Source of the DNA: a virus | IMG/VR virus record: IMGVR_UViG_3300009104_000002 | Location: 64,001 to 128,000 of that record | DNA length: 64,000 bases | Direction: 5' to 3' (one strand) | Shown here: positions 34,882 through 44,571 of the stretch, in pieces | Layout: each line of letters begins with the position of its first letter | Position numbering within the stretch: the stretch's first letter is position 1 | Program-made: the position numbers and the translations under genes | Notes under the pieces: generated by a model | What the model saw: only the letters and a program-made list of their open reading frames with translations | Told to the model about the DNA's origin: nothing | The model's database searches: none

Positions 34882-36822
34882 TTAACTATCTCTCCAGAGG
34901 TTGTTCGAGGCATATTTTATAATTTCATTTGCAGATTTCTCATTATAACCATAGTCCTCTATTAGTGTCTTTACCATTTCATTATATTTAGTTTGCTGCT
35001 TCTTATCTCTGGATTTAGATTTAGTAACAATTCTGGATATATCCCTAACAGATGTTAGCAGCTTATTTTCAATGGCCTCCTTCAATGGGCCATAGGAATT
35101 CCAATCAATTTTCTCCCCTTTTCGAAGTTTTGCGAACATATAGGCGGTGATATCTGCTCTAAAATTCTCCCTTGCCGAACCAACGATACCAATTTGTTCT
35201 TCAATTGATTTTAGGAATTCCTCGTCGGCTTCCATTTCTTCCTTGGTTACGCTATCTTTCACCTTTGAGCCATTAACATAGGCCTCGGCGTGATCGAGAT
35301 AATTATCAAACAGAGATTCTGCCTGTTCTTGATATGCTGAAACAAATGCTTTTGTAATTTCTTTCTCAAGAATTTTCAAATATTCGTCATGAAGTTCCTT
35401 CTGAAGAAAAGATAAATATTTTTCCCGAAGATCATCAACAACAATTTGCTCCTTTACCTGCTTTATGAGAGCATCTCTAATAGAAATCGGAGTAACCATA
35501 TTATCATCAGAATCTGCCAGAGCGGCGTCAATAGCCTTCATAATAAACCTCGTTGAAATTCCAGTCATCCCCTCATCTCTCACTTCATCGCGCAAGTCTT
35601 CAATATCAATCTTCTTAATATAGCCCTTTTCCACCACCTCGTCTCCGTTATAAATTTTCATCTTAGTCATCGGGTCGACTTTGTTTGATAATTTAATTCT
35701 AGATAAAACTGCGAACATTGCAGCAACTTCCAGGGTGTGAGGGGCAATGTGAGAATCAAAATCAGATTCATCTAGCATCTTTTTATAAATTTTTTGCTCT
35801 TCGCCAACTTCCAAACAATATGGAACATTTACACGAACAATCCTATCTAAAATGGCCTCGTTCGTATTTTCCGATTTAAATTTAACCCACTCTGCCTCGT
35901 TACAGTGGGCCAAAATGACACCATCAAAATAGATCATTGCACCCTTACCTGGGCTTGGGATGGCTTTTTCCTGAGTTGCAGTAATCATTGTATGCAAAAA
36001 TTCAATTTCATTTTTGAATACCTCGACAAACTCTACTATTCCGCGATTTCCTACGTTAAAAGCCCCGTTAAGGCTTAAAGCACGAGGGTCGTCCTCTGGA
36101 TATAGGTCTAATTTTGAAATGTCTTCTGACCCTATTAGGATGCTTGTATCCTGCGTGTTTGCATCCATAGGGGGGACAACTCCAATTCCTCGCCTGCCCC
36201 TTATGGAGAAGGATGTTTCAATTACTGGGAAATTCATATAATCCCCCTGATATTCCTCCAGGAGACGATGCCTACAGACTGGACACAAATCTCCCTCTAT
36301 TTTTATTTCATATATTTCCCTAAATTTAGACCTCAGGCTTCTAGGTATTAAATGAATTGGATCTTCCTGTATCGGGCAGCCCCTTAGAGTATATAAGGGT
36401 CCGGATTTTTCAAGAGCGCGCTTTATGTGCTCCACCAAGGCAGATTTGCCTGCGCCGACTGGGCCCAGCAACAAGAGGACTTGTCGACTTTCTTCTCCCT
36501 TCATAGAGGCAGAATGAAGATATCTCATTATTTTTGCCAATGATCTCTCCATTCCAAAAAAATTACTTTGAAAATAATCATAAGTTTTTACTCTTTCCCC
36601 ATTAAATAAATTGTTGCATCTATTATTATCTTCCGACATCTTTGTAATGCCTTGGGAAACTATTGTCTGATAGAGCCTCTTATGGGCCAAAATAGCCAAC
36701 CCCTTATTTTCCTCAAGAATCTCCAAATATTGTGCAAAAGTTCCTGAAAACTTCTTTCTCTTACTATCTTTTTTGTGTTTTTCGGCAATTTCTAAAAAAC
36801 TGCTAGTTTTTGAGTCTGTCAT
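34882..36822 (-). CDS. prkA: PrkA/YeaG family AAA+ ATPase / serine protein kinase
   Basis: FFGMERSL...LLLLGPVGAGKS (Walker A)...GCPIQEDP...NRGIVEFVEVFK...HCNEAEW...EAILDRI...GMTGISTRF...YGYNEKSA..Y. Confidence 0.95.
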   Translation of the reverse strand: MTDSKTSSFLEIAEKHKKDSKRKKFSGTFAQYLEILEENKGLAILAHKRLYQTIVSQGITKMSEDNNRCNNLFNGERVKTYDYFQSNFFGMERSLAKIMRYLHSASMKGEESRQVLLLLGPVGAGKSALVEHIKRALEKSGPLYTLRGCPIQEDPIHLIPRSLRSKFREIYEIKIEGDLCPVCRHRLLEEYQGDYMNFPVIETSFSIRGRRGIGVVPPMDANTQDTSILIGSEDISKLDLYPEDDPRALSLNGAFNVGNRGIVEFVEVFKNEIEFLHTMITATQEKAIPSPGKGAMIYFDGVILAHCNEAEWVKFKSENTNEAILDRIVRVNVPYCLEVGEEQKIYKKMLDESDFDSHIAPHTLEVAAMFAVLSRIKLSNKVDPMTKMKIYNGDEVVEKGYIKKIDIEDLRDEVRDEGMTGISTRFIMKAIDAALADSDDNMVTPISIRDALIKQVKEQIVVDDLREKYLSFLQKELHDEYLKILEKEITKAFVSAYQEQAESLFDNYLDHAEAYVNGSKVKDSVTKEEMEADEEFLKSIEEQIGIVGSARENFRADITAYMFAKLRKGEKIDWNSYGPLKEAIENKLLTSVRDISRIVTKSKSRDKKQQTKYNEMVKTLIEDYGYNEKSANEIIKYASNNLWRDS

Positions 36823-36823
36823 C

Positions 36824-38101
36824 TTAAAATTCCCATGGTTCTCCCTCTATAACAGAGGTAAATGTAACTTGATCGTGCCACAAATAACAAATATAGTTGT
36901 AAACTTTGTCGGCATAGGAAAGATCTAAATCTCTACCATCGTGCTCGTGTTTAATATAAATAGTATTACTTCTCCTATCATAATCAGAGACATAAACAAC
37001 TGGTATGCTATTTAATCCTACTCCTCTAATTAGGGCGTTTTGAACGCTTTTCCACCCTTCTTTATCAGATATTTCATTAATAACATAATTTCCTCTTGAT
37101 TGTCCGTAAGAATAACTAAAAAGATTTAATTCCCTGCATAAATCCTCATCTAAGTATTTTCTGATAAAAGATTCGTCATTATGTATTTCCCTGGCAAACT
37201 TACATTCTTCAAATCCATGCTCTTTTTCTATTTTTTTAAATATTGTATATCCAAGATGATACGGATTTATTCTTCCGACAATAGGCCTCACAACTTGATT
37301 GTGTGTCTTTAAAAATGCTAAATGATATTTGTCTGGAAGGTTTAGATCTTTCATTATCTTTTCATGAATTGTAACTGCCCAGCCTTCATTCATAATCTTT
37401 GTTTGAGCTTGGGGAATAAAATATAGAGATCTCTTTTCCACCATTTCTATTATGTCTTGCTCCCAATCTTTTAGATCTCTTGCGTTTTCTTTTATAAAAT
37501 TTAATAAATTATAATCTCTCATCTCTTCCATCATAAGGTCGTCATTTTCAAGATCTTTTTCTTTTTTCTTTTTTCTAGAAATTCCCGGTGTTCGCGGGAT
37601 TTGATATTTTATTGCATGACAGGCATCCAAGACTTTCTCCACCCTCTCAATACCAATGTTTGGATCCTCGATATAGGCTTGAACTCTTTTCGCCGCACTT
37701 TTAAATCGTGATATAATATTATCCGGATCCGTTTTTTCGAACATCCTATTGTTTTTAAAAAAATCAGAATGGCCCACGCAGTGAGACATTGTCAAAAGAT
37801 GCGTACTTATTGGATTTTCAAGCATCAAGTAGGCAATTGAGGGATTTGAATTGATAATCATCTCATATGGCAAGCCCTCCATTCCCAGATTATATCTTGT
37901 AATTGTCCTCTCAAATGATTTACCAAAAGACCAATGCCGATAATGAGTTGGCAAGCCAGTATATGCCATTGCGCCAATCATTTCATGATAATTGAGAATT
38001 TCGTATTCAATAGGGAACCAATCGAGTCCATATTTTTCTTTAGCGATTTTACAAATCTCTTTGTCCCACTTTTGTAATTCTTTTATTGACCAATCCTTCA
38101 T
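36824..38101 (-). CDS. spoVR: SpoVR/YcgB family protein
   Basis: GLPTHYRHWSFGK...YEMIINSNP..AYLM...HCVGHSDFFKNN...QTKIMNEGWA...NPYHLG. Confidence 0.95.
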   Translation of the reverse strand: MKDWSIKELQKWDKEICKIAKEKYGLDWFPIEYEILNYHEMIGAMAYTGLPTHYRHWSFGKSFERTITRYNLGMEGLPYEMIINSNPSIAYLMLENPISTHLLTMSHCVGHSDFFKNNRMFEKTDPDNIISRFKSAAKRVQAYIEDPNIGIERVEKVLDACHAIKYQIPRTPGISRKKKKEKDLENDDLMMEEMRDYNLLNFIKENARDLKDWEQDIIEMVEKRSLYFIPQAQTKIMNEGWAVTIHEKIMKDLNLPDKYHLAFLKTHNQVVRPIVGRINPYHLGYTIFKKIEKEHGFEECKFAREIHNDESFIRKYLDEDLCRELNLFSYSYGQSRGNYVINEISDKEGWKSVQNALIRGVGLNSIPVVYVSDYDRRSNTIYIKHEHDGRDLDLSYADKVYNYICYLWHDQVTFTSVIEGEPWEF

Positions 38102-39303
38102 GGCTTTCCACCAAATAGCTTTCTAAACGATGGCCAAATATGGGTTGGCTTGGAGATTTTTACTTTTTTAAATTTTGAATCTATGATTGGATCAAGTTTT
38201 AACCATAGATTGGATGCCTCGCTAGCATTATAGCTAAATGCTTTACTGAGTATTCCCAATTCAGATTCTGGATCCGAGTTAGGATCAATTTCTGCATAAC
38301 ATATCATTTGATTTATCTCTTTCAATTCACTGAAAAGGTTTATAGCCTTTGTATTATCAAAGGACCAATTCTCCCCGTCTCCAGAATAAAAAGTATAGAT
38401 GTTCCAATTAGATGGGTGATATCTTTTTGAAATAATATCCTTTTCGAGTTGTAATGCCGTCGACATAACTGTTCCTCCCGATGTTGCTTTTTTGAAAAAG
38501 TCGTCCTCCGTTACTTCTTTGGCTTCCGTAGAGTGCGAAATGAAAATAACATCAACATTTGAATATTTATAATTTAAAAATTGATAGAGTAAAAAATAAA
38601 AACTTCTTGCCATGTATTTCTTCTCCTTATCCATAGATCCAGAAACATCCATTAGAAAAAACACAACTGCAGAATTATTCTCTTGTGGCTTGTTTTTCAT
38701 ATGTTTATATTTAATATCATCTTCGTGAAAAGGAAACCTCTCGTCGGAATTTTCGTCATATGAGCCGACTGAAATGGCCATCTTTTTTCTTCTTATTTTT
38801 CTTTTTATTGTTTCTTTTTTGGAAAGTCTTGATCTCATCCCCTTCTTGCGAAAGCCAGACCTTTTCAATTTATGAGTTTTAATAAAACGAAATTTCTTCT
38901 TTTCTAAATCTGGAAGTTCTAAGTCTTGAAACAGATATTCGGCCAACTCATCAAGAGTTACCTCAACTTCATAATATTCTTCTCCCTTTTCATCTGAGCC
39001 CTTTGATCCCTGTGACTTTTGCTTTTTTCCGCCTTTTCGAAGAATTTGTCCTCTTTTTATTTTTTTGTCTCCTGCTGAGCCAGCTTTTTTATTTTCTTTA
39101 TTTTCTCCATATACAAACTGATATTCTTTTATTCCCTTGACTGGGATCTTTACTTTCTTTTTTCCGTCTTGTCCGATTATTGACTCATCGGCAACGACGT
39201 CTTTTATTCCCTCTCTCAAGGCTTTATCAATTTTTTGCTTATGCCTTTTTCTATCTGCGGCAGATCTATCAGCTATTGATTTATGTTCTCTAAAGATACT
39301 CAT
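38098..39303 (-). CDS. yhbH: YeaH/YhbH (DUF444) family protein with vWA domain
   Basis: Start MSIFREH (ATG 39303); RHKQKI...ESII...VKIPVKGIKEYQFVYG; FLMDVSGSM; FISHSTEA; SGGTVMS; YSGDGEN (MIDAS). Confidence 0.93.
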   Translation of the reverse strand: MSIFREHKSIADRSAADRKRHKQKIDKALREGIKDVVADESIIGQDGKKKVKIPVKGIKEYQFVYGENKENKKAGSAGDKKIKRGQILRKGGKKQKSQGSKGSDEKGEEYYEVEVTLDELAEYLFQDLELPDLEKKKFRFIKTHKLKRSGFRKKGMRSRLSKKETIKRKIRRKKMAISVGSYDENSDERFPFHEDDIKYKHMKNKPQENNSAVVFFLMDVSGSMDKEKKYMARSFYFLLYQFLNYKYSNVDVIFISHSTEAKEVTEDDFFKKATSGGTVMSTALQLEKDIISKRYHPSNWNIYTFYSGDGENWSFDNTKAINLFSELKEINQMICYAEIDPNSDPESELGILSKAFSYNASEASNLWLKLDPIIDSKFKKVKISKPTHIWPSFRKLFGGKP

Positions 39304-39310
39304 TATATAT

Positions 39311-39318
39311 ATAATTAG
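39311..39318 (-). promoter_or_regulatory. putative late promoter motif CTAATTAT
   Basis: Between the terminator and the yhbH ATG. Confidence 0.5.
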
Positions 39319-39322
39319 AAGT

Positions 39323-39351
39323 AAAAAAGGGTTTCCGACTGGAAACCCTTT
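39323..39351 (-). terminator. intrinsic terminator after the LamG gene
   Basis: AAAGGGTTTCC-agtc-GGAAACCCTTTTTT. Confidence 0.75.
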
Positions 39352-39375
39352 GTTATTTTTCAATATTAATTTCTA

Positions 39376-42300
39376 CTAAATTAGAGTTGATAAATCATTC
39401 CCGCTATTTCCAGCATTATAGATGGCCAGAACTTCGGTGGCTGTTAGCTCGCGGGTCCAGGTAGCAATATCGTCCATTTCTCCGTTAAATCTTAAACTTT
39501 GGCCGGCTGGCATGGGAGGGCTGTGGGCATATTGTCCGAAACGGACGGGATTAGTCGGTGCTGTCATGCCCGGATATGGTCCAAGGTTGTCATCGGCGTT
39601 GTCTACCTGCACCCCATTTATGTAGATCTTAATGCTATTCGATGAGGTTCCACCACCATAGGTAAAGCACGCGTGATACCACACACCATCGGATGGGGCC
39701 GGTGCTGTCCTCGCGATGCGGCGGGCGCCGTTAAGGTTATAACAAGCAGATCCGATGACGCCTGACTGTATGTAACTCTTCCATTCGCGGGTGTTATCAA
39801 CGCCGTCTTTTGATATAAGCTCCTGAACACCATACGGCGCCGAAGATGCCCAACCTGGCGTATTTTTAAACCATCCCGAGATAGTAAAGCCGGCAGTGAA
39901 AGAGACAGAGGACATGCCCACATCTATATAGTTGCCGGCCGTTGCAGAAGACATACCGGCTGAATTACCAAACTTGCCACCCTGATAAGTTACTGTACCA
40001 TATTCGGTGCCGTTGTAGGTCCCCAAGGAATCATTGGCGTTGCCATTGAGGGGCCAATATCCCGCGAGGCCAGTAGCCAGAGGAAATGTTGTTAAATAAA
40101 GATCTGCAACCTCACTGTCATTAAGTACTCTTGACCAAATTCTGACATCATCCATTTGTCCGTCAAAATTCTCGGTACCGTGGTATTGGGCTCCAATTCT
40201 GACTGTTTGGCCAGAGTTGATTGCACCTGTATTTCCGTGCGATACAGTCGATACAAGTTGTCCGTTTTTATAAAATTTAGTAGTAGTTCCAGAATTGGAT
40301 ACTGTCCACAGCGCCCATTCACCTACAGTCGGCCTGTAAGTGGCTGATGATGCAATTGTGGTGCTGCCACCCATACCTAAATCAACTCTATTAGCTGACG
40401 AGTTATATCCAAAGAAGAATCTACCTCCAGAACTACCCCAACTCATATACCTTCGAGATCCAGAAAGTGAATCATGCTTAACCCACATAGACATTGTAAA
40501 GGTAGCATTGGAAGCGGTGAAAGGATCATTCGACAGTGTGATTTTAGAATTAGATCCACTGAAGTCTGCGTAAGTTCTTCCACCTGCGGTGGCAAAGGTG
40601 ACGTTTGAAGCAGTTCCGTTATCTGATCCCGCAGAGTCGTTTGCATTGCCAGAATCAAAGTTCCAAGCTCCAATCAAATCGTCCGTAAGAGAAATTCCAT
40701 CCTCTCTCCCTGCGGAGTGAAGTGATGATGCTTCCGAGGCTGAAAGTCCTCGATTCCATTGTCTCACATCGTCCATGGCGCCATTATAAAAGGTGCTTGA
40801 AAGGCCATTTCTATATCCCAAAAATATATCATTTGATGTACTTGATACATTTTGAGATCCTGGGTCTCCGTACGTTGATGAATTATCAACACCATCAATA
40901 TAGAGCCTCACATCGCTGCCGTTTCTGGTAAGAACAAGGTGCTGCCATTGACCCACCACAATCGGTGTATTTCCGTTGCAATTATGACCGGCGCCTCCGA
41001 AATAAGAACTTACTTGGCCCTGATAAATAAACAATTCCAAGTTAGTGTAGTGCTTACTCCAAAGCATGCCAGAATAATTTACTCCCGGTGACACTACATC
41101 TGGATTTATCCACATAGAAATTGCAAAATCCCCTGTTCCAAATGAGTTGCTAGCATCGTGGGGAATTTGAATATAATCATTTGATCCGTCAAAATTGACT
41201 TCTTTCTTGGTTCCGGCTAGAGAGAACGTTGCTCCCGAAATTGTTCCATCATTCGACCCAACAGAGTCTTTTGCATCAAAGTCAAGAGCGTATTTTGCGA
41301 CCAGTCCGTCTGTTATTGACTGGGCGTCTTCAGCGCCAGCAGAATAAAGGGTTGAAATTTCTGAAGCAGAGAGTACCCTGTTCCAGATGCGAACATCATC
41401 AATCCCGCCATCATGATTAAAATTAGGGTCGCCTCCGCCGTAGCCGAGATATATATCTTGTGCAGAAGAAAACGTTCCCGTAAACCCCCCGTTATAAGAA
41501 GCGTTCCAGGTATCGGCGACACCGTTCAAATAAACTTTCTTTTCATTGGTGTCTGGGTCGAGGGTAATAATAAAGTGATTCCATCCTGCGGGGACTGCTG
41601 TGTTACCCCTGTTGTCTATCCATCCACCGCCCGTATTGTGCTGCGTTCTTATCTTCCCATCTAAAACAAAGAGGTTAAAGTATGAGCCAGGGGAAGTACC
41701 CCATTGAAACATATATGCATAGGTGTGCCCAGAATAAGTATAAGTGGTATCTATCTTCGCCCAAAATGAGACGGATGATTTTCCGGTTAAATCAACTGTG
41801 GCTGATGACTGTAGATATCCTATTTTTGTGAAATCCGCGTACTTATCAGAGCCATTAGTTGCATGACCGACTGTTCCGTTGGTGGTAAGATTATTCGACC
41901 CAACAGAGTCAGCTGCATCAAAGTCAAGGGCGTATTTTGCGACCAGTCCGTCTGTTATTAGCTGTGTGGTTGAGTGAAGAGTGCTTACTTCTGATGCGCT
42001 GAGGGCGCGAGACCAAACTCTAACGTCGTCAACATAATCAGCAAAGGCCTGATTATGAGTCGTGGCATTTGAAGCGCCGATAGCGGCCAAAGTTTGTGAT
42101 GATTTCCATGGAATCGATCCAACGCTGGCGCCGTCAACATAATAAGTTGTAGTTGCGCCGGATCCGACTGCCGTTATCATATGCCAGCCAGTATAGTCAG
42201 CCGGATTCATATCAAATCCACAATCATGGAAGCCCGGACCGGACTGATAGCCGCCAAGATTATTGGAGTTCCATTCGATAATTACCGGATGATCATTGGG

Positions 42301-44529
42301 GGCTTTCATAGCAGTTCTCCAATATGACCCTCCCGGCTTTAATCCCTTAAACCACATCGAGAATGTCCAATCTCCAGCTAAACTAGGATTGCTTGACGGC
42401 ACAAGTGCAATAGAACTAACGCTCGGATACGACCAGGCTGTTCGCGAGTCTACTGTTGCAAGAGATGCGCCAGTAAGCGTTACATTCGCCGATCCGACAT
42501 CTGCGGTTGTATCTTCGCAATTATGTTGCAGAATTAAGCCAACAGTAAGTCCGACACCATATGTCGTAGAGCCTTTTACAACAATATTTCCAGATCCATC
42601 GATGAGGCCATAATATAGTGTGTAAACACCATCAGCAACGCCAGTCATTTGCGCTGTTGTTCCAGATGGAACTGCAGTTCCTCCGTGTGCAGCACCTACC
42701 GCACCGAGGGGTGATGTCGAATAAGCCCAGCCGCCCGCTGCATTACTTCCGGGATCTCCGATTGTAGCGGTAATATCAACGGTATCTCCAGTAACGACAA
42801 CTGATGCATCGATAGTAGAATCCGCAGTTATAATGTGGCGGCCAGTGCCAGAATTCCACATCCATTCAATTTCTGCTTGACTCAGGGATTTTGTCCAATA
42901 TGCGACCTCATCCATTTTAACCCCGACAGCTTCATTGAACCAACCTCCATATGAGCCGTGATTGGATTGTACTCCTCCCAGGCGCATGTTGTTGACAGTG
43001 AAATTAACTGCATTTACAGCATTTGTTATTTCTGTTGCCTTTACTCCGTCTACCCAAGTTTGCATTGTTGATCCATTTTGAACGGCAACAATATGATGCC
43101 ACGCTCCGGTTGATAGTCCAGGAATCGCACATTGATATGGCGTTACATTAGAGTTATTGTATCTATAATAAAATCCAGTTGCATTTGTGGTACTTCCGAA
43201 ATTAACGGCGATCCCGCCTGGGCCCCAGGTCTGGTAATAAATTCCGTTATCCATCAAGCCGCATGTCAACTCTGAGTCACTATATACCCACAAAGAAATT
43301 GAATATGTTCTCGTACTGGTAATCATTGGGTGACCAAGATCGACTAGTCTATTGTCGGCGCCGACGAAAGCCTTTTGGTTCCACTTGTCGACATCATATG
43401 TGGCGGTGCCAACTGCCATTGTGGCACTGTTTCCATTGCCAGAAGCGTCAAGAAGGTCTCCGTTGAAGTGATAATATCTATTTAGATCAGACAAAATTAT
43501 GGCCGAAATATCCCGGAGGTCAGACTGAATTGTAGCAGAAGGGCCCACAACATCTCCATTTGCGTCGACGGGTGCAACATAAATTGTATGTAAAGCAGAG
43601 GAGAGCCCAGTGATTATAACACTCGTTCCTGTCTGAAATGTTCCTCCGTGTGGCTGACCAGTGGCGCCAAGAGGGGTGCCGACGCGATAGGCCCAACCTG
43701 CGGCTGAACTTCCCGGATCTGTTAAAGTGACGCCCAATGTAGTGTCTGTTCCGTCATTTGATTCTGTTAATGCAACGGTAGCTACTTGTTCGTAAGAGTT
43801 CATAACTGTTTGTACCTCTGACTGAGCCAGGGCCTTATTATGAAGATGGAAATCGGAGATTTTTCCCTTGAAAGAAACGGTGCCGGAATAAGCAGGGTTG
43901 TGTCCCACGGCAAACGCAACACCATTCGCCATAACAGCAGAGATAGATGATGGTGTAGCTCCATTTTCAAAGTTACTTGCTGCAAGATTTCCGTCGATAT
44001 AAATTTCAATATCGGTACCGGTATATACCATAGAGATGTGGTGCCACGCGCCATAACCAGGATTTGGAGAGCCAGTGCCTAATGGGATACCACCTGCCGA
44101 CAAGGTAAATCCGTTAGATGCCGTATACAAAGCATATAGGCCAGGATTTAGGCGATATTGGGCGCCCCAATGCTGACGAGTATCCAAAATAAGCATGTTT
44201 GTGTTTCTATAGGGAGACTTTCCCCACAAGCACTGAAATTCATTGAGACTTAAATTTTGTCCTGTATCTGCCTTGAACCAAAAGCTTACAGTCATTTTAC
44301 CCGTTGATGCAATTTGTGCACCGAGTGTGGACTCGAAATTATCGATTGTCAAATATTTGCCACCAGTACAGTCAAGGACGCGGCGGCCGGAAGAGGTCTC
44401 GACCTCCGGAGAGGCGCCACCAACATAGGTGATGCCCGTATCTTCGCTAGAATCAAACTTTATTCTCTTTAATAATTCGCCCTCATCGGTGGCGGTGGCG
44501 GCAAAAAAGCCCATTGGTGCTACAAACAT
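39376..44529 (-). CDS. large adhesin/fibre with seven LamG (concanavalin A-like) domains and two Ig-like domains
   Basis: Repeated ...T(F/I)S.W...W.H...T......YVDG...IGA....F.G.MDDVRIW.R.LS..E pattern occurs seven times. Confidence 0.88.
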   Translation of the reverse strand: MFVAPMGFFAATATDEGELLKRIKFDSSEDTGITYVGGASPEVETSSGRRVLDCTGGKYLTIDNFESTLGAQIASTGKMTVSFWFKADTGQNLSLNEFQCLWGKSPYRNTNMLILDTRQHWGAQYRLNPGLYALYTASNGFTLSAGGIPLGTGSPNPGYGAWHHISMVYTGTDIEIYIDGNLAASNFENGATPSSISAVMANGVAFAVGHNPAYSGTVSFKGKISDFHLHNKALAQSEVQTVMNSYEQVATVALTESNDGTDTTLGVTLTDPGSSAAGWAYRVGTPLGATGQPHGGTFQTGTSVIITGLSSALHTIYVAPVDANGDVVGPSATIQSDLRDISAIILSDLNRYYHFNGDLLDASGNGNSATMAVGTATYDVDKWNQKAFVGADNRLVDLGHPMITSTRTYSISLWVYSDSELTCGLMDNGIYYQTWGPGGIAVNFGSTTNATGFYYRYNNSNVTPYQCAIPGLSTGAWHHIVAVQNGSTMQTWVDGVKATEITNAVNAVNFTVNNMRLGGVQSNHGSYGGWFNEAVGVKMDEVAYWTKSLSQAEIEWMWNSGTGRHIITADSTIDASVVVTGDTVDITATIGDPGSNAAGGWAYSTSPLGAVGAAHGGTAVPSGTTAQMTGVADGVYTLYYGLIDGSGNIVVKGSTTYGVGLTVGLILQHNCEDTTADVGSANVTLTGASLATVDSRTAWSYPSVSSIALVPSSNPSLAGDWTFSMWFKGLKPGGSYWRTAMKAPNDHPVIIEWNSNNLGGYQSGPGFHDCGFDMNPADYTGWHMITAVGSGATTTYYVDGASVGSIPWKSSQTLAAIGASNATTHNQAFADYVDDVRVWSRALSASEVSTLHSTTQLITDGLVAKYALDFDAADSVGSNNLTTNGTVGHATNGSDKYADFTKIGYLQSSATVDLTGKSSVSFWAKIDTTYTYSGHTYAYMFQWGTSPGSYFNLFVLDGKIRTQHNTGGGWIDNRGNTAVPAGWNHFIITLDPDTNEKKVYLNGVADTWNASYNGGFTGTFSSAQDIYLGYGGGDPNFNHDGGIDDVRIWNRVLSASEISTLYSAGAEDAQSITDGLVAKYALDFDAKDSVGSNDGTISGATFSLAGTKKEVNFDGSNDYIQIPHDASNSFGTGDFAISMWINPDVVSPGVNYSGMLWSKHYTNLELFIYQGQVSSYFGGAGHNCNGNTPIVVGQWQHLVLTRNGSDVRLYIDGVDNSSTYGDPGSQNVSSTSNDIFLGYRNGLSSTFYNGAMDDVRQWNRGLSASEASSLHSAGREDGISLTDDLIGAWNFDSGNANDSAGSDNGTASNVTFATAGGRTYADFSGSNSKITLSNDPFTASNATFTMSMWVKHDSLSGSRRYMSWGSSGGRFFFGYNSSANRVDLGMGGSTTIASSATYRPTVGEWALWTVSNSGTTTKFYKNGQLVSTVSHGNTGAINSGQTVRIGAQYHGTENFDGQMDDVRIWSRVLNDSEVADLYLTTFPLATGLAGYWPLNGNANDSLGTYNGTEYGTVTYQGGKFGNSAGMSSATAGNYIDVGMSSVSFTAGFTISGWFKNTPGWASSAPYGVQELISKDGVDNTREWKSYIQSGVIGSACYNLNGARRIARTAPAPSDGVWYHACFTYGGGTSSNSIKIYINGVQVDNADDNLGPYPGMTAPTNPVRFGQYAHSPPMPAGQSLRFNGEMDDIATWTRELTATEVLAIYNAGNSGNDLSTLI
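41251..41959. repeat. 67-bp near-identical direct repeat (41251-41317 and 41893-41959)
   Basis: 63 of 67 bases identical; encodes ITDGLVAKYALDFDA(A/K)DSVGSN at the starts of LamG domains 4 and 5. Confidence 0.9.
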
Positions 44530-44571
44530 TAATCTATGTCTCCTTTTGTTTATGATTTGAAATCTGTTTTT

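Noticed and set aside
34882-39363. The prkA operon as a host-contig chimera
   Set aside because: It is on the same strand as the flanking phage genes, has phage-type upstream motif and terminators and phage-like AT content, and carries no flanking host genes. This cannot be fully excluded without read data.
39304-39363. Extended yhbH N-terminus MKNNKGFPVGNPFLLLIIYI
   Set aside because: It is simply the terminator hairpin read in frame; the family-like sequence begins at ATG 39303
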